A stretch of DNA of 64,000 bases, from NCBI GenBank assembly GCA_010015805.1, contig ML978123.1:2170001-2234000 (forward strand), read 5' to 3'. The notes under the pieces are model-generated. The model was not told the DNA's origin. It made no database searches and saw only the letters and a program-made list of their open reading frames with translations. This document shows, in pieces, positions 25,494-36,812 of this stretch (its first letter is position 1; each line of letters opens with the position of its first letter). Position numbers and translations under genes: made by a program. The stretch comes from Rhizodiscina lignyota. Its lineage: Eukaryota.

Positions 25494-26625
25494 GGCGGAC
25501 GAAGAGAATGGCCCTGAGCGTGCTCAGCTGCCGCCGGCATGAAAATGCCGTAGAATGTTGTGATGTTGGCGATGTTGACACAGATGCATCAACGTCGCTC
25601 AAACCATTGCGTGGCTTTTTGGAGCTCCAAGGTTTCCCTACGCGCGGCTGAATGCCGGGTATTTCACAACGAACCTTACAAGCAGAGACAGACTAACAGG
25701 CGTATCGCATGTTCTACCTGCGTCAAACCCTAGAAAGTCATCGTTTTGGATTCCACCATTTGCTGGATAATGCTTCATGACAATGTGGAACGAGACCCTC
25801 GGGCGATCTAACAACTTCCACTCCACAAGGATACATACCTATTCATCTGGAAGTTCAGCAGTCGAAGGACGGATATGGACTTGATATGACTACCAATTCC
25901 GATATGAACCTTCTAAATACAACACCAATTCGCAAATTCAAGCATGGCCCCCAATCTACAGCATCATCTTCGAAGCCTGAAAGAAGATGAATGAAGATTT
26001 CAACTCCAAGAAAGGTGGAATGTAAAAGATGTGACGCCCTCTTGAACCAAGCCGATGGTCGAAGAAAACCTTTTCTCCTTCGGCCCAACAAAGTAGCGAG
26101 GCAAGAAATGCTACCCTTCACAGCCTACTACATCGTAGCTGGAAATATATTGCCCTGGCGAATGATATCCATGCCACAGTTATCCTTCCCGTACGCCTTA
26201 CTCGTTGCACGTGCGCTTCCTCCAAATTGTGACTATATGAAAGGCAACAACCCTTATAACTGATCGATCCGCCAGCGCAGACAGATTACGGAGGCCTTCG
26301 CGGTACTTCGCGGCGAAAGCGGTTGTAAGCCTGCGCAAGCCTACCTGGAGGAGTGCAACACATAATGGAATCATAATTTATCATGCTTATGAATGACGTA
26401 GTGAATAAATTGGTAAGATTTCATCTCATTTTCGCAACTGTGGCTCGAGAGTTTGGGAAGTTTCGATCCAATGTACCAAAAAGATTCCAAAACAGATCTG
26501 AATCGTGCGGCACCTTGACATATGCCAACTGAAAGCACTTCAAACGTCTGACAATCCCTTACTTGGCAAATGATTATTTGCCGGAAATTGATTAATCCAG
26601 ACTCTGCTTTTCCTGCTATTAGGAT

Positions 26626-27026
26626 CTACCTAACAGCTCCAGCGCAGGCCTTTTGAGCCAGGTCAGTACGTTTCGCAGAGCTAATTGGTCGTCGATAATA
26701 ATACTTACAGCTGGCCCCGAACACCCTTCGAAGTCGCAGTTGAATGCCTCGCACACACCAACTCCAGATTGCCCCGGAATACACCGCTGTCCAGATATAC
26801 AAGGCACATTTTCCTCAAATCCGGTGCTCGCCCCACTTTGCGGTATCAGAACGACTTGACAGGAAGTGGTGCCGTCACTGTTCTCAGTGCATAGTCCGTT
26901 GATCGACTCCGTTTGGCGGCCGAACAAGAGACGTGCAGGAGCCCCGTACAAGTGGCGTGCAGGAGTAGACGCGGCCGTGCCGACGCTGATAGCCAGAGAG
27001 GCAAGAATGAAATCGAACAAATGCAT
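26626..27026 (-). CDS. Small secreted cysteine-rich protein (113 aa, 8 Cys), effector-like; exons 27026-26709, 26649-26626
   Basis: Signal peptide MHLFDFILASLAISVGTAA; propeptide ending LFGR|Q; intron 26708-26650 (GTAAGT...ACTGAC...AAG) adds ACAGAVR* and completes an even set of 8 Cys; TATAAA on the minus strand about 80 nt upstream. Confidence 0.75.
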
Positions 27027-28005
27027 CTTGACAGAAGTAGAAAGTGGACTAAAGTTCAGGTGTGACTTGATGAGATATTCAGTCTTTACAGAACTTGCTG
27101 ATTTATAGGCAGAATGGACTTCTTTGTTAGCTAATAGCTATCGTCCGGTGATTCCAAAGAGGACGGTCGCATCAATGCAGGTTCGGCCCCAGAGGACAAT
27201 GATTCCTTCATCTTTCGTGAGATGAGATGTTGAAGTTCGTGGTAAATTTGTTTGAAACTGTTCAGTAATCGATGGTAGTATGAGAGGGTAAGTTAGTAAC
27301 AGTGTATGGAATAGACGCGGCCGCAAAAGAATACATGGATGCCAGCTGACATTTAGCAAGTACCAGCATTATGGCCATTGTTATAGGCCTTTGAGATTAT
27401 TAGAAGTTTCGGAAAATCGTTGTGATTCCGTTGCAAGTACCGTGTGGGCGGATATGTTGACGTCCGGCAGGATTTCCACTATGTCGTGTTGGTTGGGGCG
27501 GGTTCGGTTGCCTAACTTGATTGGGGAGTAGAGTAAGCATCCTTTTCTCTCTTTAGCGATTGAACAAGGCATCTTTCTCACTGTGTCCGATGTCAACCTG
27601 GGCTCAACCTGGCGTGGCTGATGACGTTTGAAAGCTAAAGCGTCTAAGTCTTCGCCAGCGTTTTGCTATTAGTAGTAATTAGGTACATACCCCGGCTCTG
27701 ACCGTCTATAGACAGCTTCTTTGAGCCACCCTTGACCCACGGTACTGGCTTTACAGGTGCAGTGTATCTCATCTTAATGCGCGATCCTGGGTCCAAGGTT
27801 GATGCTGAACTGACCTAATTCCAGTCATTATGCTTAGATATCTTGCCATACACAGACTAACTTCTTCTGTCGGCATCCTACACAGGGAATCCCACACTGA
27901 CTCAAGCGTGGGTTTTGTCCAAGTCGTCCTTCCGTCTCTAATTTCAAAGCATTCATTTCATCTTCCATTATTCCAGTCCTGCGTGCCATCTTGCCGCCAA
28001 TTACC

Positions 28006-28908
28006 ATGTTTCGGTATGCTCGTGTATTGCTCCTCAGCATTATTTGTGTCATTGTCATTCTCAGTGTTCTTCCCACTCAAGATTTTCAGATAAGGTCTGA
28101 GCAATTCATATCTAGGACCGATGGACCGCAAGCAGATACTGCCAACTTCTCCACAAACTGGCCTGACTCAGCCTTCGGTGTCTTCGTATGCTTAAAGACC
28201 GACGATCGTGCATGGATCGATGAGGAGCTATCATTCATTCCACAGAAAAACCGAGTCTTCTACTTCGCTGACGATGTCACCGCTCAACATCATCCACCGC
28301 TAAACCAAGGACGAGAAGCAATGTCTTACTTGAGTTTCATTGTTGAGCACTATGACGACCTACCTGATATAATGGTTTTCCTACATTGCCACTGTGACAG
28401 TCCACACAACAACCGAAGATTTTCGGACCGAACTTCTCCCATGCTGTCGTCCCTGAATTTCTCTCACGTAACGAAACGTGGGTTCGTAAACCTCCTCTGC
28501 GACCGGGACGGTACTCCAGGATGCAATCCCGCGAAAGTGTATGAGCTTCACCGCCTTTCGTCGCCGTCATTTCGCAACATTGACATGTCGACGCACCACC
28601 GGCTGTTTACTCAAAGTCTTGCCGATACCCTACGGACAATCACAGCCGACCTTCCGAAAGAGATCCTGGTTCCTCGTGGAGCACAGTTCGCAGTTACGCG
28701 GGAGACCGTCAAAGCTGTTCCGCTCCAGCATTTTGAGCTACTTTTAGCACGTTTGATGCACCTTGGCCCTGATCCTGGAGAAAGTTTCAGAGCAGGACAG
28801 ATCATGGAGAACTTATGGCATGTCATATTCCTTGGTGCAGACCACGGTGTGCTCTGTGCTCCCGAAGACGAGTGCTATTGCCACCTTTACAGCATGTGCG
28901 CAGATTAA
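28006..28908 (+). CDS. DUF3431 family type II membrane/secreted protein
   Basis: N-terminal anchor; PLNQGREAMSYLSFIVEHYDDLPDIMVFLH, GFVNLLC, AQFAVTRETV, GQIMENLWHVIF, CAPEDECYCHLYSMC match DUF3431 motifs. Confidence 0.85.
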   Translation: MFRYARVLLLSIICVIVILSVLPTQDFQIRSEQFISRTDGPQADTANFSTNWPDSAFGVFVCLKTDDRAWIDEELSFIPQKNRVFYFADDVTAQHHPPLNQGREAMSYLSFIVEHYDDLPDIMVFLHCHCDSPHNNRRFSDRTSPMLSSLNFSHVTKRGFVNLLCDRDGTPGCNPAKVYELHRLSSPSFRNIDMSTHHRLFTQSLADTLRTITADLPKEILVPRGAQFAVTRETVKAVPLQHFELLLARLMHLGPDPGESFRAGQIMENLWHVIFLGADHGVLCAPEDECYCHLYSMCAD

Positions 28909-29178
28909 TTGATGAACGGAAATGGATTGCTTATAAGCATGAGAATACCATTAGTGTTATGTTGGATTACGATTACCCTGGACCCTAAAAGATTCGAAAA
29001 GAAAATAATCCACTCCGGTCTCCGCCACCGACCTCAACTCCACACTACTACACACGACACCTCCAACAGATCTTAGGGTTCCTGTTCTTGGTCATCTTCG
29101 AAGAAACCGCTACCTTTCACTGAGTCTCCCACTTTGGGACCTTGCCTTACCAACTCACGCCGCTCAATGCTGGCACTT

Positions 29179-29805
29179 TCAGTCATTGGAGGAAGATGAG
29201 GACTCGGCTTGGAGAGGATCCTCCCACCGTACGGCCACATCTCGATATTGGTTGATATATTGGAGGGCCACATAGCACCAGTGATTTACAGATAAGCCAT
29301 CTGGAATTGGCCTTCCGCGATCTTTCAGCTCGTCCTTGTAGCCCTCCATTGCTTTTTCTGTGATGGGCTTTAGGTAGCACTCCACTTCATATTTGCCGTG
29401 GTGCTCAAGAATATGACGGGATCTTTCAATGTTCCACGGGATGTGTTGCTTCCACCACTCGCAGAAATCTCGAAAGCGTTCTACGCTGATATTCTCATCC
29501 GTAAGGATTTCCATCGCGATGGGTCTGAAACGTACTCCTTCTGTGAACTTGCTGATGGCGTAGCTGCACTGCACTATGTGCCATGCCGTTGTCTTGTTCT
29601 CTGGCATGTCCTCATACTTAAGCATGGGTTCAGCGCGGCGGTACTCTCCTTCCATGAGAAATTCGCTCAACATTCCGACTGCTGCCTGGGCTCGGATTGG
29701 GTCTTCTTTGTCGCTGGCCTCTTCCTTGAGCTCAGCGATGCTCTTTCCTGACGCCCATTCAACAAAGAGATCCTTAATACCATCGAAGTGCGAGGGCTGG
29801 GTCAT
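29179..29805 (-). CDS. Hypothetical protein (orphan-like, about 208 aa)
   Basis: Long open frame (29889-29179) with globular composition; first ATG at 29805 (MTQPSHF); no motif recognised. Confidence 0.55.
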   Translation of the reverse strand: MTQPSHFDGIKDLFVEWASGKSIAELKEEASDKEDPIRAQAAVGMLSEFLMEGEYRRAEPMLKYEDMPENKTTAWHIVQCSYAISKFTEGVRFRPIAMEILTDENISVERFRDFCEWWKQHIPWNIERSRHILEHHGKYEVECYLKPITEKAMEGYKDELKDRGRPIPDGLSVNHWCYVALQYINQYRDVAVRWEDPLQAESSSSSND

Positions 29806-31075
29806 GGTGTACAGTCGGAATACACTGCCAATATGAGTTACAATTCTTGCCCGGACATCTGGCGCCGAGCGATACTCACGGATGCTCAAATTCTTTCACT
29901 GATACCACGATTCTTGAGGTTGTTGTACTGTCTTGGAAACTGGAGCTTTCCTGGACCGCTATGAGGCATATTTATATATTGGTCAGTCATGGCGGGCTTT
30001 TGTACGTCTACATCTGTCGTTACTGTCTTCCAACCCAACCCGCTGTCAATGTTATGATGTGGTACGGCCACAATGAGTTCCTCGATATGGAAGCCAAGTT
30101 CCGGTTGAGAAGTTGTCTGCATGGGAATAGTAACCTTGATAGTCAGATACAGCGGATGGCAAATTGTACATTCACGGCCAAAATGTCTGTGAATTGCAGC
30201 ACATGCTAGAAATGCCTCGGCGTTTGTCGAGGCATTGGCTACGGAGACGCATCGTCATGTCTGACGCAAGGAAATCGAATTGCATCCGACGCGTCACTAC
30301 TTACCAGTACAATCTATTGTCATGTCTAATAGCGAACCGCGGCAAGCCAGCGACGGCGTGTCAAAACAGCTGATAATTGGCTCTGATTTCCGATGTGCGA
30401 TACGTTCTTTGTTCTGTTGGGGGCGGGCATGGGATAGGGCGCGAAGCGTGTCTCTGTCGATCGCCACTGGAGCCTATGTACCGCATAGCGTTCCACGGCT
30501 GATCTGTTGGACGCATTGTCAAGAACAGTTAACCAGGAAGAAGAATGCAGCTTTCATTAGCCTGCGTTGTGAATGTTCATTGTGCTGACTTGACCAGCAT
30601 CAGCCCAAGCCGGCGCTAATCTGCAATTGTTGCACGAGATCGCAGTCCAAGGGATTCTGATTCGAGGAAGAGGTTCGAAATGTTTCTGAAGCGTAGTCCA
30701 GCTGAGGTTATGATGAATTAGATTGTACCTGGTTCTGGAGGTGTCGTTGCTTGACCGTACGTAACGGGCTGAATCTCGCTAGAAAAGCAGCTAAGCAGAT
30801 CCGGGGTCGAGAATCTGGAAACTAGATATATCGAGACTCAGTCAAAAGTGTACACGCTTAGTTAGACACCACTCCGAAGGAAATATAAGTATTAATAGTA
30901 GGCATCGTAGTTTCGAGCGTACACTTGTTCAGGAAACCAATTCCTAAGAAAGCAAACCTGAGAAGATCGCAGCTTCGCAGATACGTGTTCAATGATGAAA
31001 GCCGTTACCACTTCAGCACCTGTACTTGCAGTGAGGTTCTGTCCGACATGGTACCCGATAAGCCAACAAAATGTG

Positions 31076-31498
31076 TCAATTGTCTTTCAATAACATCGTT
31101 GCCACAATCGACCATCTAAGCCTCAAGCGCATCAGCCAACAACAGAAGACAGTTGCCCGCATCGAAGTCTGTAATTTGTTTATAAAGTCGGTCATCTGGC
31201 AAATAGATTCACTGAAAGTCAAAGACTTCAGCCTCGAAGGGTAGTCGAATAATGCATCGGGATAATCCGACTTCATTTGGGAGGAAATTCAATCCGCCAC
31301 GAATGCCATTTCTTTTTGGATTTGATGGTTGACGTGATACAAAGCTTCGAAAGTGTGTTGGGAGTTCTGAATCGCAATCTCTAGAAGAGAAAGCTCCGAT
31401 GTGGCCGGAATGTCGACTGCATGAGCAAAGATCGCTTGACGCAATTCGATTGGCAGTCCCAACAGTGTCGGCGGGTTTGAAGATGAACTTAAATTCAT
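31076..31498 (-). pseudogene. F-box-like ORF interrupted by an in-frame TGA
   Basis: MNLSSSSNPPTLLGLPIELRQAIFAHA (F-box-like LxxLPxE) ...EMAFVAD*ISSQMKSDY...; ORFs 31498-31289 and 31276-31076 are in the same frame, separated only by TGA 31291-31289. Confidence 0.5.
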
Positions 31499-31866
31499 GT
31501 TCGCGATGGCTTAAGTCGTCGAAGGTGAACTGGACGATGAAAATCAGCCAAATCCGCTGAAGGGACATATTTGAGAGGGATTGCGATAGTGAAGCCATCG
31601 TACATCATCAAGAAACCAAAGACGAAGTTTATTGTGTCCGCCGGTATTGCCTTCACGTCAAAGGTGCTCGAAGGTGCTAAACTCGCACTGTCGGAAGATT
31701 TGAAAGGGATTGAGGTGATGTGGGTTGAGGCATGGTACTCCGACCCCTCCAAATTGTACCGTGCGCGAAACCGTTGTCGAACACAGGACCGATTGGCTTA
31801 TTTTGAGCGTGTTGTAGAAGTGAGGATCCGTAGGCCGTAAATATGCGTCAAATATAGCCGCTGAAC

Positions 31867-33313
31867 TCATCGATCGTGGAAGAAGTCGTGGTCGAGTGCC
31901 TCTGCTGCCGATAGCCTCTGGACACTCTCGTATCGCACCATCTTGCGGACCAAGTCCCTGCCAACTGACGAAGCTCCGGGTAACAAAGTATCCCATGGTT
32001 GCGCTGGGTAGTTGTAGAATTCCATCTTTCCCCAGTCGCGCATATTCGCAGCTTCAGGCCATGTCTCCAGTGTTGGCGTGCCAAGTTTCTTAAATATGCT
32101 TCGAATGAGCGCCAGTTCGCTGCCCAAATCTCCTGCCTCAAATAAACTCTCGATGCTGCCATCAATTACTTCGGCAACAACACAGCCGGCGGCCCACATG
32201 TCAAGCGCGAAGCTATATGAAGTGTTGCCAAAGAGCAATTCTGGTGGACGATAACAGGTGGTGCCTACGTCAGTAATTTTTTGGTCGGCCGGCTCGGACG
32301 CTTTGTCAAGCGGGTCCCATACAATGCCAAAATCTGCAAGGTATGCAGGTCCGGTCGGCGAGTGAAGCAAGATGTTTGATGGCTTGATATCTCGATGGAT
32401 AATCCCAAGTGAATGGAGGTGCGCAAGCGCGGAGAAGAGATCTCGCAGACAATTCCTCCGCTGATTCGAGCTAAATGCCACACCCTTTGACATCAAAGAT
32501 GGGAGATCGTGATACATAAATGGAAATACCAGCACCAGTCGAGAACCCGCCAATTGAAAGGCTTCGACTAGTGGAATTACGTTGGAGGAGGCAGCACGTC
32601 GAAGGACGCGAGCCTCGCGATAAGCATCGTGTGGAGGTTGCAAGGCAGTGAGCTCCATAACTTTCAGCGCCACCAACTCCGTTCGCGCCTGTCTGCTGCT
32701 TTCCTCACCGGTGTGGCCAGACAGCGATCGTGCTCTGTATACGGTCGAGGTTACACCATTTCGGTAATACGCTGCGTTTTGATATCGACCAATAGTCATA
32801 CCACCTTCATTCGTGGTATCACCATCAATGCTTGGCTACCATGGGTCAACGCAGGCTTCAAAGCTACCCTGCCGGTGTGATATACCTCTGATTGCTCACC
32901 GACACCCTCTGATCGACCCTTGTCCTCCAATTCAACAGTAAAAGCACCACACTGCTGATGGTATTCGGCCTATATGAACATAAGCACCCTGATGGACACC
33001 AATCAAAGGCAACCTAGACCGACAAGAGATGCTGCGGATTTGTAGATGTCATCCTCTGCAGACTTGGCCTTGCGGCGAGCTTCTGTTGAATCTAAGGATG
33101 AACTCGATCTAACATATGCCGAGCTTCTAGAGTTAGGCAAAATTAGAAACGCCTTAAGAGGTTTGTAAAACTCGTATGCTTGTGTGAGATCAAGGTGATG
33201 TGGGAGTGCGTTTGACGCTGACAGACATAGAGGGAAGAAACTTGCATTTTGACAACAGACGTAAATCTATCAGAAAAGCTCAACGAGGAGCGCCAGTGCT
33301 CAGAGCCAGACAT
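31867..33313 (-). CDS. CDK-activating-kinase-like (Csk1/Cak1-type) Ser/Thr kinase with an N-terminal helical extension, 4 exons
   Basis: Kinase motifs VALK, HRDIKPSNILL, LADFG, DVGTTCYRPPELLFG, DMWAAGCV; degenerate Gly loop (NGVTSTVY). Upstream exons from ATG 33313 (MSGSEHWRSSLSFSDRF) via GC-AG intron 33245-33127 and two GT-AG introns keep frame. Confidence 0.85.
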
Positions 33314-33765
33314 TCTGGTGTTTTTGACACTCTGATTAAAGAAGAGACAAGAATTGCTTAAGATAGGTAGAAGCTTTACATATTCATGAGATAAATGCCC
33401 CTTTCCAACTCCACACAGCAACCGCTCAGAGAACTCCGGTAACTGGCATCAAGATCAGTTCAGACCGCCTGTCAGGACCGTGCAAGACCATAAAACACAT
33501 TAGCAGTAGATAAGTTGCCTCTGCATCGATTCGCGAACAGTCACTTGGGTACTTTACCAGTGAAAAGAGCCTTCAATCGGTGCGTATCACGGTGTGCTGA
33601 CTAACACCCGACATCGTCATCGCCCGACCGGGTCGTGACGGGGACGGGCTTGCATCCACCACACGTCAACCGAAGCTTGAACTGCTTGGCCTGCCATTTT
33701 TCCTCCGCAGCGAGCGCTTGTCTACTCGTTTGTCACTCCTTTTGTCTATATTTCTCCAATCCGCG

Positions 33766-36700
33766 ATGGATCTCTCCAGATCGGAATACCCAGCCATGCT
33801 GGTCAGTGTTTTCTTGTTTATATGCGAAGCTCCACGCGGCGCTCCCGCTGACAATTTAATTGCAGGCTTCTCTCCAGCCTGTGCAGGCTGTCGAAGTGCT
33901 CAACGACCGTATCAAGCATGTCAGCAGGCTCAATTCGGAGGTCGCAGATTGGCTACAGGTGCGCAAAGATGGATACACTTTGAAGGGTGTGTGCTTATAG
34001 AATGGTAGGAGCGACGTCGCGTCGAGGAGGCATACGCGATGGGCCTGCGAAAATTGGCACAGAAGAAGCCGCCAGATGCAGATTCGGACATGGGGTGAGC
34101 TTGCTGTGCTTGACTGATCGTCCCGCGAGAGCCGGGCTAAGATACATTTAGGATCTTCACCACCCCGTGGCAGAAGCTCGTGAACTCTGCAGAGACACTA
34201 GCGGAATCGCATCACCTCCTCGCGCAGAAAATCGAAGCCGATATCGAGCGACCTTTGCGAAACTTTGCCGGCCAGAATCGAGAGATGCAGGCAATGTCTA
34301 CAATTAGCGGCAATCTGGCGGCTATGGCAAAGGAGGTTGACAACGCGCAGAAAAAGGCAGAGAAGCTTCAGACAAAAGGAGGGAAAGCAGCTACTGAAAA
34401 AGTTGCCAGCGCGGCAGCCGAAGTGGAGAATGCGAATTCTCAATGGGAGTCACAGGCGCCGTTCGTTTTTGAGAAGCTTCAAGCAGTGGACGAGACTCGA
34501 CTGAACTATCTCCGAGACGTCCTCACTCAATTTCAGACACATGAAGTGGACCAGGTTGAGCGCAATCGCATCGGCGCCGAAGATTGCCTGAATGCGCTAC
34601 TTTCAGTTGAGACTGCCGATGAGATTAAGGCATTCCAGATAAGGGCGGTACAAGGGAGGCCGAAGCTCCGAGCTCGCCGTCGCACGCTTCCAGGCAGTTC
34701 ATCATATGCGTCAAATGACATGCCACCACCGCCACTACCATCTCATCCCACAGCGCACGATGACAATGCACTCACCCAAACCCTTTCCCCTCAACCCATG
34801 GGAGAAGATTCCAGCCAAAGATCTGCATCAGGTAGGCTAGAAATAACATTGGTATGGACATTGGAACTAATATGTCGCAGTTGAACGTGAGCGGAGACGC
34901 GGGAGCGGATTTGGTGGACTAAAGAGGCTTGGGACCGTGATCGGGCGGACGCCGAAGAAAGACCGTAAGAAGAGTGTTGATCCGTACGGTAGACCAGAGC
35001 CAGAGCGGAAGTCATCTTCGAACCTTACTTCTGCTTTTGCCTCTTTTGGAAGTCGCGGAAAATCGAGAGGAAATGACAGAGAAATGCCGCCTACAGCGGA
35101 AGAGGAGGAGCCTATGTCACCACCAATGCGAGCGGAGCCCAACAGGAGGGAATCGATAACCGCTGCCGCGGTACAACAGTCGACACAAGCGCCAGAAGCA
35201 AACGGCGTGACTCTCGATTCGGATGAGATTACACCTGCGCCTAGAGTAAATGGCAGTCAAATGCCAAGTTTCAACCAGGAACCCTTGCAGCCAATCAAAG
35301 CCCCTACTTCTCCTTCCGCTGTTGAGGTAAGTTTGATAATCACCTAATGTTGAAAACCATGCTGATAGTATATAGGGCCCTCAAGATGCAGAAGGCTTCA
35401 GCGTTGCACCTCTTGCCACTGATGCTATCACTCAAGCCGAACAGGAAGCAGCTGCGTGAGTGTTTATAAGACAATCTGAGATCTGGGACTAACGATCAGC
35501 ATAGCACGCAAGCAGAGCCGCAATTCAAACTTGACATCAGAAGCTCGCCGATACAGGAAGAAGACTCGGACGCAAAGACTGCCTTTGATAATGTAGCGAA
35601 CACGTTGCGTGCTGTATGTTATTGGTTCTCCCTAAATCTCGCAGTACTAATCCCTTACAGCAAGCAGCTCCTCAGGCGAGAAGACCAGGCACTGTCCGAG
35701 GCCGTAGGGATGTCCGAAACACAATCTTTGTTCCTAATCCTCAGACATTGGATCTATCAGGAACAATGTCACCTGAGGCAGGTCCTTCCTCTGCGCCACT
35801 CCCAGCTTCTCCACCAGCAACGTCTCAAACATCACCGTTTAAGCCAGGCCAGCGCTCGGTTTTCCTTACCGATGATCTAGCAGCGTCCGACACGCAATCT
35901 GTCCGCTCAGGTCGTTCTCTCGCAAGTGCTGCCAGTGGTACTATCAGACATCCAGACCTTCACGGCCCAGGTCTCAACACTTCCATCGTGGAAACCATTA
36001 GTGCTTGGTTTGAACAGGGAAACTTAACGAAAGCACAGGTGTTTGGCGAAGTTGCGCTTGCTTACAATCACCAAGACCTTTCAGCACCTTTTGGATCGGA
36101 AAATATTCGCCTAGACAATTTCTCAGTCTTAGAAAAAGTCGCCCCGAATCCGGCTTTCATAGATCAGATTCCGGACAAACCGGGCTACTACTCTGTCAAC
36201 CTTGCGAGTATAACCAAGACTAGCGTTGCTTTCAAATACCAAGTTCATCACGAATCACCTACTGCGGCCACGAGGCACGCACCGCTCCTACTGACGCCTC
36301 AGTGGAAGGTCGAACCAACGCAAACGTCAGTGATCCTGGCGTATTCCCTCAATCCAGAATTTGCCCTTCCGGAAGGAGTTTCAACCGTGACGCTCGCCAA
36401 TATGGCACTGATCATCCACCTTGATTCTAGTGGTGCAAAGGCCAAGACTGCTCGGGCTGCAAACGGCGGGAACTTTGTGCGTGAACGGTCTGCTGTTTAC
36501 TGGCGCCTCCCAGAAGTCAACCTTACGAAGGATGGACCGGTTCAGCAGCTCCGTGCACGCTTCTTCACAGACGGAGAGGCTAAGCCAGGAGCAGCGGAAG
36601 CCCGATGGGAGATCAGCAATGAACATTCTGTAGCATTAGGGAGTGGCTTGAGTGTTTCGATGTTGGAAACCAAGGATGGCCAGAATCCGGAAAGTGATCC

Positions 36701-36812
36701 ATTTGCGGATGAGGATGCCGGCACACCGGCCGAAGGCGAAAAGGAGGAGGTGTGGAAGGAAGTCTCGAGCGTGAAGCAGATCAAGAGCGGAGCCACTTAC
36801 ACGGCGATATAG
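33766..36812 (+). CDS. SYP1: Syp1/FCHo endocytic adaptor (F-BAR + mu-homology muniscin domain), multi-exon
   Basis: Spliced N-terminus MDLSRSEYPAMLASLQPVQAVEVLNDRIK...ADWLQERRRVEEAYAMGLRKLA; WESQAPFVFEKLQAVDETRLNYLRDVLTQFQTHE; C-terminal GLNTSIVETISAWF...GEVALAY...LEKVAPNPAF...W muniscin domain. Confidence 0.92.

Noticed and set aside
25904..26365. Stop-interrupted reading frame (MNLLNTT...*MKISTPRK...*...AYLEECNT*)
   Set aside because: May be a decayed gene, but no family is recognisable, so it cannot be supported as a feature.
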